The translations under genes were made by a program, and so were the position numbers. From NCBI GenBank assembly GCA_018646625.1, contig JABGUJ010000002.1, positions 350,843-414,842 on the forward strand: a stretch of 64,000 nucleotides of DNA. The letters run 5' to 3'. A model generated the notes under the pieces. It was not told the DNA's origin and made no database searches. It saw only the letters and a list, made by a program, of their open reading frames with translations. The DNA is from Candidatus Woesearchaeota archaeon (GTDB lineage Archaea > Nanobdellota > Nanobdellia > Woesearchaeales > JABGUJ01). Shown in pieces: positions 50,476 through 59,334 of the stretch. Every line of letters starts with the position of its first letter. Positions within the stretch are counted from its first letter, which is position 1.

Positions 50476-50664
50476 GAGTTGTGGAGATCCTTTAAGGTTA
50501 TAAAACCATTGAACATAACAAAAAATGAGCCACACCCTCCTATTCACCACTTTTCAGTGGCGTTTTGGCGAAACATTTATAATCTGCGAATTTTTGAGAC
50601 ACAGCGTTTCTATCCCTATATTTTGGCTATTTGAGAGAACTAAGAAATAAGAGGTTCGGAAAAA

Positions 50665-51051
50665 ATGGCTAGAATACGTAAAAATATCTTTGAAGAGCTA
50701 GAAAAAGTTAAAAAATTAGTAGAAGTTCACTTTCCCGAGATAGAAATTCGGGAATTGTGTAAACTTTTGGGAAAAATTGGAACATACCATTACAACAAAA
50801 AGAAAATAATGTTGTTAGGGAAAGATAAATTAGTGTATAATACTTTGATAGAAAATTCTTACAATCCCTACACAGTTTACCGCTGGGCTTTATTGAAGCG
50901 TGTTCCTGAAGACATTAGATTTCAGTTAAGGAATCATAACTTAAGTCAGAAGAAAGCCAGTAAGCTATTCTTTGAGCGAAGACACGAAACAGAAACTAGT
51001 TTACAGCTAAGCATTAAGCAATTAGGCTTACAATTAGTTAGAGGTATGTAA
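50665..51051 (+). CDS. Basic helical DNA-binding-like protein (ParB/KorB HTH-like C-half)
   Basis: TVYRWALL..VPEDIR..L....LSQKKA; coupled to the integrase. Confidence 0.55.
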   Translation: MARIRKNIFEELEKVKKLVEVHFPEIEIRELCKLLGKIGTYHYNKKKIMLLGKDKLVYNTLIENSYNPYTVYRWALLKRVPEDIRFQLRNHNLSQKKASKLFFERRHETETSLQLSIKQLGLQLVRGM

Positions 51052-51052
51052 G

Positions 51053-51790
51053 ATGGTGAATTTCAGAAAAATTAAAGAAAAAGAGAGAAAATTACCTAAC
51101 ATATTAAACAAGAAACAATTAACTTCTTTATTCACTTACATTAAAGAAACAGACGTGTTTATTGCCTGTTTAATCGCTCTCTGTTGCGGTCTAAGAATAA
51201 GTGAAGTTTGTAGTCTCAGAAAGAGGGATATTGACTTTGAGAACGAGAAAATCAAAGTTGTGCAGGGAAAAGGAAGCAAAGACAGATATGTAATGCTTCC
51301 TGAGAAACTTAAACCAATTTTAAAGAAATGGTTTAGAATCAACGAGAAAGATTTTGTTATTGCTGGAATGTATAATGAAAAAGTTTCCCCTGCGATATTA
51401 TCTAATAAGTTTAGGAAATATTTGAAGCAGGCAGAATTGTTGATTAAAACTGAAGTGACAAGTCACGGACAGCAAAGACACGCCTATAGTTTTCATACTC
51501 TTAGACATACTTACGCCACTTTTCTTTTAGAGAAAGGTGTTGATCTTTATTATGTGCAACGTGCTTTAGGTCATGCAGATATTCACACAACCCAAATTTA
51601 TACCCACATCAGCAACAAAGACTTACAGAATAAGATTAATGGTGCTTTTGGAAAAAGCAAGAAGAAAATGAATCATAACATCACTGATCCTGTTCAGTTA
51701 TTGCAGTTAAAGTTTGCTAATGATGAATTAAGTCTGGAAGAATATCAGAATAAACTAAACATACTTAGTCAAGTGGGTGGGTTTGTTTAG
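51053..51790 (+). CDS. Tyrosine recombinase catalytic domain + C-terminal SHOCT-like helix pair
   Basis: GLRISE, GKGSK, HTLRH, LGHADI, TQIY. Confidence 0.92.
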   Translation: MVNFRKIKEKERKLPNILNKKQLTSLFTYIKETDVFIACLIALCCGLRISEVCSLRKRDIDFENEKIKVVQGKGSKDRYVMLPEKLKPILKKWFRINEKDFVIAGMYNEKVSPAILSNKFRKYLKQAELLIKTEVTSHGQQRHAYSFHTLRHTYATFLLEKGVDLYYVQRALGHADIHTTQIYTHISNKDLQNKINGAFGKSKKKMNHNITDPVQLLQLKFANDELSLEEYQNKLNILSQVGGFV

Positions 51791-51842
51791 AGCGGGAACA
51801 AACAGAAGATTTTAATATAATTAGAATAACACTAAAGAAAAG

Positions 51843-53195
51843 ATGAAAGAATCTGAAACTTTGGAATTGAAAAGGTCTTTAGCAGAGACTAATGAAATTC
51901 TAGAAACCATCTCAGCTTTTTCAAATTCTAAAGGCGGAGAAATCTTAGTCGGTATTGAAGAAAATAAAGATGGTTCTGTTAAAGAAGTTGTTGGAATGGA
52001 AATTAAGGGCAAAGAGATTGAAAATTTAACTAATGAAATTAAACAAAATACTGACCCAACTATATTTCCATCAGTTGAAATAAATGAAATGCAAGGAAAA
52101 GAGATTTTGTCTATCAAAGTAGAGGAAAGCCCTTTCAAGCCAGTGTTTGCTAAGAGGAGTGCTTTTAAGCGGGTGGGAAAAACAAATAGAAAACTTACTT
52201 CAGAAGAAATAAGAAAACTAGCTAAAGAGAGTGTTGGGTTTAATATTACAGAATTAGTTTGTAAAGAAGCAACTCTAAAAGATATTGATGAAGAGAAAGT
52301 GCAGTGGTTTGTTAGAGAATCAAAAAAGCAAAGAAACTCAAATCTTGAGGAAGGGCTTCCAATAAAAGAAACACTTATGAGACTAAACTTATTGAAAAAT
52401 GAAAAATTAACGAATGCAGCGATTTTATTGTTTGCTAAAAGTCCGCAGAAATTTTTCTTACAAGCAGAAGTAAAAGGAGTGCGGTTTAAAGGGATTAAGC
52501 CAGTTAAACCATTTATTGACTTTGAAGTTATTTCAGGAAATATTATTGATCAAGTCATGGAAGCAGAGAGATTTGTACTAAAAAACATTAGAAAATCTGT
52601 TGAACTTGTTCCTGGAGAAATTCAAAGGAAAGAAAAATATGAATTTCCACCAGATGCAATCAGAGAAGCTATTGTGAATGCCATTGCTCACCGAGATTAT
52701 GAAAGTTCATCTCATGTTCAGATTAGAATTTTTGACGATAGGATAGAATTTCTTAATCCTGGGAGACTTCCAAAGGAATTGACGGTGGAGGATTTGGAAA
52801 GACAACATCGTTCAATCCCAAGAAATCCTTTTATTGCTAAACAATTTTATATGATTAACTTTGTTGAAGAATTAGGAACTGGAACAAATGATATCATTAA
52901 TGCTTGTGTGAAAAACGGATTACCAGAACCTCATTTTGAAGAAAAAGCAGGTGGTCTCGTTGTAACACTAAGGAAATACAGAATTAGTGACGAAATTTTG
53001 GCTGACTTGAATGAAAGACAAAGAAAAGCGATTAAGTTCCTCATTAAAAACAAGAAAATTACTAATAAAGATTATCAAGACTTGTGTGTTGGAGTTTCAA
53101 GAAAAACACTCACTCGAGATTTACAACAATTAGTAAAGAAACAAGTAATTAAGCAAAAGGGCGAACGGAAAGGAGCCTATTATGAACTCAATTAA
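51843..53195 (+). CDS. Schlafen/AlbA_2 + HATPase_c_4 + wHTH protein (RecG C-terminal-like regulator)
   Basis: ESETLELK, SAFSNSKGG, REAIVNAIAHRDY, NPG, PRNP, ELGTG, C-terminal wHTH. Confidence 0.88.
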   Translation: MKESETLELKRSLAETNEILETISAFSNSKGGEILVGIEENKDGSVKEVVGMEIKGKEIENLTNEIKQNTDPTIFPSVEINEMQGKEILSIKVEESPFKPVFAKRSAFKRVGKTNRKLTSEEIRKLAKESVGFNITELVCKEATLKDIDEEKVQWFVRESKKQRNSNLEEGLPIKETLMRLNLLKNEKLTNAAILLFAKSPQKFFLQAEVKGVRFKGIKPVKPFIDFEVISGNIIDQVMEAERFVLKNIRKSVELVPGEIQRKEKYEFPPDAIREAIVNAIAHRDYESSSHVQIRIFDDRIEFLNPGRLPKELTVEDLERQHRSIPRNPFIAKQFYMINFVEELGTGTNDIINACVKNGLPEPHFEEKAGGLVVTLRKYRISDEILADLNERQRKAIKFLIKNKKITNKDYQDLCVGVSRKTLTRDLQQLVKKQVIKQKGERKGAYYELN

Positions 53196-53197
53196 TC

Positions 53198-53230
53198 TTA
53201 TGGGACATTTATGAGACATTTATGGGTCAT
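53198..53230. repeat. 3 x 11-bp tandem repeat
   Basis: TTATGGGACAT TTATGAGACAT TTATGGGTCAT. Confidence 0.8.
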
Positions 53231-53317
53231 TGACCCAGAATGAGAATCTATAATATCAACCTATATTTCTCTTAAGCAACTTCCCCCCAAAAGAATATTA
53301 TGGGGGTAGAAAAAACT

Positions 53318-53533
53318 CTACCCTTTTGCAGTACGTATCATTGAAACACACATTGCCACAATAATACTTGTTCCAGAGACAGCCATCAAACCAATCACAC
53401 CCAAAGCTGTCCTAAGTATTTCTCCAACAAACACTGTTAGATGATTGCCAATAATAGCAAACAACCCCACAATACCTCCTGCCAGTGCTACTAACAAAAA
53501 CCAAGCACTTGAATAATGGTCGTCTATTTCCAT
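53318..53533 (-). CDS. Small two-TM membrane protein
   Basis: GGAGG SD upstream, hydrophobic. Confidence 0.55.
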   Translation of the reverse strand: MEIDDHYSSAWFLLVALAGGIVGLFAIIGNHLTVFVGEILRTALGVIGLMAVSGTSIIVAMCVSMIRTAKG

Positions 53534-53595
53534 ATTTATCTACCTCCGTATATTAGATATGTTTTCACCGTAATATATCCATATATAATTCGCCT

Positions 53596-53643
53596 GTGAG
53601 AACGTCCCAAAGCCCAAGATTTTGTGGGCTGGGAGGTTCTCAC
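53596..53643. repeat. GC-rich imperfect inverted repeat (hairpin)
   Basis: GTGAGAACgTCCCAaAGCCCA ... TGGGCTGGGAgGTTCTCAC. Confidence 0.7.
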
Positions 53644-53650
53644 CGAAAAA

Positions 53651-55003
53651 TTATCGGTCATTCATCGGTTCTTCTGCTGAAATTAATATTTTTTCAATAA
53701 ACTCCTTTGCTTTCTTAGGTTTCATGCAGAAACTTTTTTTATTGTTAACATACTTGTCATATTTTGCTTCTAGTTTCTTTGGACAGACGAAGATCCATTG
53801 GTCAAAGTTCTTATTTAACCACTGGATTTTCGCAGCCAAATAATTTTCTCTATTTGCTCCTGTTTCAACCTCTATTCCCAACTTGAAGTTTTCCAAGAGG
53901 AAAACTGCATCAATTCTTCTGCCGTCAATTGTTTCTTCTACATAGATATTATCATGTAACTCAGCAAAGAGGTGCTTCATTACAAAGTGATAATCTGTTT
54001 CTCTGGGGTTTTCTTTCCTAATATAAAATCCGCCCCGAAGAAAACCATCTAAGTTAGGTACTCTCACATACTTAAAACCCTGTGCTTTAGCAATTCTTTT
54101 TTCATCTTCATCAAACTCATCTGCACGATAGAAATTCTTTTTTAATTTCTCACCCTGAAATTCAATTTTAACTTTCTTTTTCAGTTCAATTTTCTTGTTC
54201 TCAATATCATCTCTTACTTCTGCCCAGATTTCTTCCTTTTCTTCATCTTCAAAATGTGGTTGAGTATCTAAGTCATGGGTTCTGTAATACTCAATTGCTT
54301 CATCTCGGTTTTCTTTGTATTCCTGTTGTTCACTGAAATAACCTCTTGCTTCCCAAGTGGCTTCACTAATAACTCTTTTTGAATATGTTTTGTCTGTAGG
54401 AACTGCTTCTGGGTCTTTCTTTTTTAGTTTGAAATCATATAATTCTTTTACTTTACTCTTGTGTTCTCTTTCTTTTCTTTCCTCTTCCTGACGTTCTCTT
54501 TCTTCCTGTTCTAATTTCTGTTGTTTAAGTAATTCCTCTTTTCTTATTTTTCTTTTGATAATATCTTTCTTTTCAGCATAGAATTCTTTTATCTCCTTTT
54601 GAAATTCATCCCTAATCTCTGGGCTAATTGCTTCAATTTCTTTTTTAGTTTTGTCTAACTTCTCTCTCATCATTTCAGGAGATAAATTCCCCAGAGTTAT
54701 TCTTATTAATGCCCGTAGTTTGTTTCGTGTATTTTCTATTCTTTCAATTTCTGCTTCCTTTTTCTCTTTGTTATATTTTATCTTGCGGTAAATGTAACGA
54801 ATAATCCGATACAAAATAAATAATGAAATTATTGCTACAGCAGTTCTTATTCCAATCAATTTCCAGTTAAGGTTTAGAATTGGGTGAATTATTACCAGAA
54901 TTTTTTCTTTGTAAAAATAAGTGGGAATTGCTAAAATAACACTTATAGCCAAGATAATTGTAACAATGCCAACAAATTTTTCTTCAGTGTTCATTGTTCC
55001 CAC
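53651..55003 (-). CDS. Membrane-anchored coiled-coil protein with C-terminal PD-(D/E)xK-like nuclease domain
   Basis: Two N-terminal TM; charged coiled coil; RRIDAVF..KLGIEVETG. Confidence 0.65.
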   Translation of the reverse strand: MGTMNTEEKFVGIVTIILAISVILAIPTYFYKEKILVIIHPILNLNWKLIGIRTAVAIISLFILYRIIRYIYRKIKYNKEKKEAEIERIENTRNKLRALIRITLGNLSPEMMREKLDKTKKEIEAISPEIRDEFQKEIKEFYAEKKDIIKRKIRKEELLKQQKLEQEERERQEEERKEREHKSKVKELYDFKLKKKDPEAVPTDKTYSKRVISEATWEARGYFSEQQEYKENRDEAIEYYRTHDLDTQPHFEDEEKEEIWAEVRDDIENKKIELKKKVKIEFQGEKLKKNFYRADEFDEDEKRIAKAQGFKYVRVPNLDGFLRGGFYIRKENPRETDYHFVMKHLFAELHDNIYVEETIDGRRIDAVFLLENFKLGIEVETGANRENYLAAKIQWLNKNFDQWIFVCPKKLEAKYDKYVNNKKSFCMKPKKAKEFIEKILISAEEPMNDR

Positions 55004-55500
55004 ACTCGCTTAAAATCTTCTAAAACTCTCGTTCCTGAATAGTTTAGATACATATCTGTTGTCTGAATATGGCTATGCCCGAGAATTCCCTGCAAAGCCC
55101 TCACGTTTCCGCCTCTATGTAAATAACAGACAGCGAAAGTATGTCTCAGTACGTGAGGACTTACTTTTTTCATCACTTTGGCTTTTTCTGCTACACGTTT
55201 TACTATCTTTTGTATCCATCTGCTTCCGTACTTAATTCTGTGTTTATCTTTGAAATGTTCGGCGAGGTAGAATCTAGTTCTACTGCTCATCGGAATAACT
55301 CTTCTTTTTCCACCTTTGCCGATTGTAGTTATACAATCTCTTTGCCAAGAGATTTGGTCTTTCTCTAACTTGGCTAATTCAGAAACTCTCATTCCTGTTT
55401 CCAGTAAAACGTTAATTATTAGTGATTCTTCAAACGTTTTACAGGCTTTTCTTAGAACATCTATCTCATAATCCTCTAAAGGTTCTCTTTTATATGTCAT
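54991..55500 (-). CDS. Tyrosine recombinase, minimal catalytic domain
   Basis: TGMRVSE, GKGGK, PHVLRH, LGHS, TDMY; start set at MTYKR after a GGAGGT SD. Confidence 0.9.
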   Translation of the reverse strand: MTYKREPLEDYEIDVLRKACKTFEESLIINVLLETGMRVSELAKLEKDQISWQRDCITTIGKGGKRRVIPMSSRTRFYLAEHFKDKHRIKYGSRWIQKIVKRVAEKAKVMKKVSPHVLRHTFAVCYLHRGGNVRALQGILGHSHIQTTDMYLNYSGTRVLEDFKRVWEQ

Positions 55501-55619
55501 GTTAAAGTACCTCCGAGTTTTGTTTTTGTTGGTTATTTGTTGAATATATAATATTTGTACGGCATTTTGTCGGTATTTAACTCTTATGTGCGTCCCGTGC
55601 ACATAAACCAGAGATTAAA

Positions 55620-55845
55620 GTTAATTATAAGTCTTGTATATCGTTTGTGTATACAACGTTTATTAATTTTTGAGTCTATCAGGGTCCCTTTTAAACTTTG
55701 TAGGACATTTGTAGGACAAAAAATTGTTTATTAATCTTGTAGCCAATTGTGGCTACACTTTTAAGTTTTGTAGGACTATGTGGGGACAAAAGAGTTTATT
55801 AATTTTGTACGGAATTTGTACGGAAAGTTCTGTTTAAATAATTCC
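55620..55845. repeat. Periodic array of AT-rich boxes and paired TGTxGG motifs
   Basis: GTTTATTAAT at 55658, 55726, 55794; CTTTTAA..TTTGTAGGAC at 55688 and 55758. Confidence 0.7.
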
Positions 55846-55870
55846 TGGACTTATAGTGGCCATGTTCTTC

Positions 55871-55908
55871 GTTTTGTTATCACTATTTAATAACAAAACA
55901 TTTATAAA
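55871..55908 (+). promoter_or_regulatory. 10-bp perfect inverted repeat abutting a TATA box upstream of the DGR target operon
   Basis: GTTTTGTTAT-9nt-ATAACAAAAC then TTTATAAA. Confidence 0.55.
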
Positions 55909-55962
55909 GAATTTGCTATTTTTCTATAATAAAGTTATAACAAATGAACAATTATGTGAAAA

Positions 55963-56841
55963 ATGTCAAAAATAAAGACTTTAAAACCGTTGGACTTTGG
56001 GAATGTACTTACTACAGAGGAAGCTCTTGCGCAGTTGGAAGGCTATGTTCCAGAGAAATCTCCTCAGGATGATGGTAGAACTCCAACAACTTCTCCACAA
56101 CCTCCAGGAAATATTCCCGGTTCAGAAAATGTTTCTGGAATTTATAATTTAGTTTCTGGAGACACTTATGCTCTTGGTGTGCATGCCTTAAGAGAAGCCT
56201 GTGTTAACGACCCAAATTCTGCTCAGCTTTTGTTTACTAAAGATGATGGCAGTGAAATCTATCGCCCTTTAACTTTTAAAGAAACTATTAGGGCAAGAGT
56301 TGATGACTTTAATACTTCTGTTGCTGAAAACGGAGAAGAACGTTCTCTTGATGAACGTTTAAAATTATATGCCCACTATATTGATTCTTGTACAAGTATA
56401 GCTTACAAAGCAGAAACAACCAAATTCAAAGTAATTCCAGTGTGTAAAAAACTGATTACTATTGATTCAAGTTTTAATGAAAATTTTTTACCAGTGGATT
56501 ATGATACGTTGTCTGGTGTTGAATTAGATAGTAGCAATGAGAAATATGATCAATCATTAACTAAACAGGAAATTGAAAATCATTCTGGTTGGCGTACTGC
56601 TCTTGAAGATGATTTAGATTTGTTGAAAGAATATCGTAATATCGTTTTTGAAGCTTTGAAAGATTCTGAAGGAAACCAGCCAGAAAAAGCAATGGGCTTT
56701 TATGTGATGGGGAATACTGCTCAAGACCAATTGAGGGCGTTGTTCGTTGATTATCTAAATAGCAATTCGAATGCAGGTGGTAGCGTTAGCCTATACGATA
56801 GCGGGTCTTTTCTCCAAGTAGCCCCCTCGAAGACGCCGTAG
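55963..56841 (+). CDS. DGR target protein 1 (C-terminal VR)
   Basis: Paralog of targets 2-4; 3' end matches TR except at adenines. Confidence 0.92.
   Translation: MSKIKTLKPLDFGNVLTTEEALAQLEGYVPEKSPQDDGRTPTTSPQPPGNIPGSENVSGIYNLVSGDTYALGVHALREACVNDPNSAQLLFTKDDGSEIYRPLTFKETIRARVDDFNTSVAENGEERSLDERLKLYAHYIDSCTSIAYKAETTKFKVIPVCKKLITIDSSFNENFLPVDYDTLSGVELDSSNEKYDQSLTKQEIENHSGWRTALEDDLDLLKEYRNIVFEALKDSEGNQPEKAMGFYVMGNTAQDQLRALFVDYLNSNSNAGGSVSLYDSGSFLQVAPSKTP
56734..56826 (+). repeat. DGR variable repeat VR1
   Basis: 16 mismatches to TR over 93 nt, all at TR adenines. Confidence 0.95.
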
Positions 56842-56881
56842 GCAGTCGCGCGAAAAAATCATGATATAAAACAAAACGAAA

Positions 56882-57028
56882 ATGAATTTAACAATAACTA
56901 AAAAAATAGCAAAACAGGGAAAGAACTTAGTACTTATTATTCCTAGAAATCTTCATCCATTTTTGAATGGTGGAGATTTAGTTGAAGTAAATTTCACTAA
57001 ATTACAACCAGAGGTTAAAAATGAATGA
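56882..57028 (+). CDS. AbrB/MazE-like small DNA-binding protein (48 aa)
   Basis: Hand translation MNLTITKKIAKQGKNLVLIIPRNLHPFLNGGDLVEVNF...; overlaps the ATPase start. Confidence 0.7.
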   Translation: MNLTITKKIAKQGKNLVLIIPRNLHPFLNGGDLVEVNFTKLQPEVKNE

Positions 57029-58424
57029 ATTGACTTACGATGAATTGAAATTTCCTAATTATGTGAATAGTAATACTGCTATTCGTTTAAGGGCAAAAGT
57101 TGGCGAGCCAGAACTAGATAGAGAAGGAAAAGATGCAAGACCCTTAAAAACTTTAGAATTAACTTTATCTGATGTGGTTTATGCTGCTGAATTAGCAGGA
57201 TTAAACATGTTATTTGTTTCTGATACTGGGAGAGGTAAAACTCAATTAATGAGTGATGTTGCCTGGCATCATTATGGTGGAGACCAAGAAACTGGACAGG
57301 CTAACTGGGCTGATGGACGTCCAAGTTTTGATATTACTGATTTGTTTGAAAGGACAAGAGTAGATTTAGATTCAGGCAAATTTGACAGCGATACTGCCAG
57401 ACAAGTTAAAGAAGAACGAGTTAAAAGATTATTTTTCGGGGTTGATGAGATTAATCGTGCTCCTGGCCCAAAACAAAACGAGTTTTTTGATTTAGCTGAT
57501 GGTAAATATACTTTTAACGGAAAAAGATTGAATTTGGGAGAAGATGGATATGCTCTTTTCATGGCTACTGCTAACTTAAACAAACTGAACGGAGATTTTT
57601 CAGGAACTTTCGAGTTAGACCGTGCTTTACTGAACAGAGCACACTTAACTTTTGATTTAGATCATCCTAATTTCAGGCCAACCCCTGAAGATGAGATGGT
57701 GATTGAAGAAAGGAAAGCTAATCCTAAAGTGGATTTAGCTCCTGCTCAGGACTTAACTGGTAAGATATTAACTATTAACAAAAAAATTTTGACTGCTGCC
57801 AAGCAGTTAGACCCTTATTTTACTGCTTTTAGGTTTTTAGTGGGCAGAGGATTAGATTATTGTGATACCGATAAGTATAAAGAAAAAGGAGCCGCTTTTC
57901 CGATGCTTTGCAATGAATGTGGATATACTGGCAAAGATTTGTGTTCAATGATTAAAGGTTCTTCTGAAAGAAGTATTCCAGCAGTAAAAACTTTAGCTTA
58001 TGCTTTATCTTACCTTGCTGAATTGAAATTAGGAGAGAAAGTAGAGATTGACCCTCTTGATGCTGTTTTACAAGCTTTTAGATTCACTACTTATCACGGC
58101 AATCTTAATGAACTGGTTGCTCAGGAAGAATATGCTGCTCGTAATCAGACAATGATGGATGAAACAGTAGAAAAATTGTCTGGAGTAGTTAACACTTTAA
58201 GGGATTATTTGCCAATGATGATTGCAGGGCAAGACCCAACAATTATTAGTTATCAGTTTCAGGGCAACAGAGTTAAAGCACCAAAAGATCAAAAAACTGT
58301 TCAGGCGTTAAATAAAGCAAATATTTCTTTCCAAGAAACAAATCTAAAGAAAGAATTGAAAGAGAAAGGCTTAGGAGTTGACTGGGTTGATCCTTATGTT
58401 AAAAGAATGAAAGAATTAAAATGA
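57021..58424 (+). CDS. MoxR-type AAA+ ATPase
   Basis: Walker A SDTGRGKT, Walker B GVDEINRA, ATAN, LDRALLNR; Cys cluster in the lid region. Confidence 0.85.
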   Translation: MNELTYDELKFPNYVNSNTAIRLRAKVGEPELDREGKDARPLKTLELTLSDVVYAAELAGLNMLFVSDTGRGKTQLMSDVAWHHYGGDQETGQANWADGRPSFDITDLFERTRVDLDSGKFDSDTARQVKEERVKRLFFGVDEINRAPGPKQNEFFDLADGKYTFNGKRLNLGEDGYALFMATANLNKLNGDFSGTFELDRALLNRAHLTFDLDHPNFRPTPEDEMVIEERKANPKVDLAPAQDLTGKILTINKKILTAAKQLDPYFTAFRFLVGRGLDYCDTDKYKEKGAAFPMLCNECGYTGKDLCSMIKGSSERSIPAVKTLAYALSYLAELKLGEKVEIDPLDAVLQAFRFTTYHGNLNELVAQEEYAARNQTMMDETVEKLSGVVNTLRDYLPMMIAGQDPTIISYQFQGNRVKAPKDQKTVQALNKANISFQETNLKKELKEKGLGVDWVDPYVKRMKELK

Positions 58425-59290
58425 CCATCAAAACTTTAAAACCTTTGGACTTTGGAAATAGAAGAGTACTTACTACAGAGGAAGCTCTTGCACAGTTGGA
58501 AGGTTATGTGCCAGAAAAGCCTCCTCAGAATCCAACTAATCCACCTATTGACCCAGACCCAGACCCAAATGGTGATTTAGAAGGTTCAGTGGAGATTACT
58601 GGCAGTCATATCTTAATGCCACAAACAAGTACTTATGCATTAGGTGTTCAAGCGTTAAGAGATGTTTACTCTGAAGGAAAATGTCCAGATCATCCAGTTA
58701 TTGAGATTGCAGGAAGTAGAATTGTTCGCCCTTTAACTTTCAAAGAAAATATTGAAGCGAGAGTTAATGATTATAAAACTTTAACTAATCCCGATGGTTC
58801 TGAAAGAACCAAAGAGGAAAGGTTAAGATTATTTAATCGTTGGTTGGACTCTAGTTGTGGGATCGCCTACAAAGCAGGCACAACCAAATTCAAAATCATT
58901 CCTGTTTGTAAAGAATTGATTGAAGTTGTTAAAAATTTTAATGGAGAATATCTTCCAATAAATTATGATAAGGTTGTGGGCACAGAATTAGATAGAAGTA
59001 ATGCCAAATATGACACGCTATTAACAAAAGCAGAAGTTATTGAACATCCTGCTTGGAGAACAGCAGTTGAAGATGATAAAGAATTGTTAAAAGATTATGC
59101 AGATATTATTTTTACAGAGAAAAAAAGTGCAAATAAACTAATGAGTTTTTGGACGAGAAGTAATATTGCTCAAGATCAATTAAGGGCGTTGTTCGTTGAT
59201 AATCTAAATGACAATTCAAGTGCAAATGGTAGCGATTACCTAAGCAATTACGGGTCTTTTCTCCAAGTAGCCCCCTCAAAGAAGCCGTAG
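58421..59290 (+). CDS. DGR target protein 2
   Basis: Paralog; carries VR2. Confidence 0.92.
   Translation: MTIKTLKPLDFGNRRVLTTEEALAQLEGYVPEKPPQNPTNPPIDPDPDPNGDLEGSVEITGSHILMPQTSTYALGVQALRDVYSEGKCPDHPVIEIAGSRIVRPLTFKENIEARVNDYKTLTNPDGSERTKEERLRLFNRWLDSSCGIAYKAGTTKFKIIPVCKELIEVVKNFNGEYLPINYDKVVGTELDRSNAKYDTLLTKAEVIEHPAWRTAVEDDKELLKDYADIIFTEKKSANKLMSFWTRSNIAQDQLRALFVDNLNDNSSANGSDYLSNYGSFLQVAPSKKP
59183..59275 (+). repeat. DGR variable repeat VR2
   Basis: 11 mismatches to TR, all at adenines. Confidence 0.95.
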
Positions 59291-59334
59291 GCAGTCGCGC
59301 GAAAAAATCATGATATAAAATAAAGTGAAACAAA

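Noticed and set aside
50665..51051. 128-aa basic helical ORF as the Avd accessory protein
   Set aside because: It lies 12 kb from the TR, is coupled to the integrase and looks HTH-like; size alone is insufficient
55620..55845. Possible CRISPR array
   Set aside because: No constant 25-40 bp repeat with unique spacers, and no cas genes in the window
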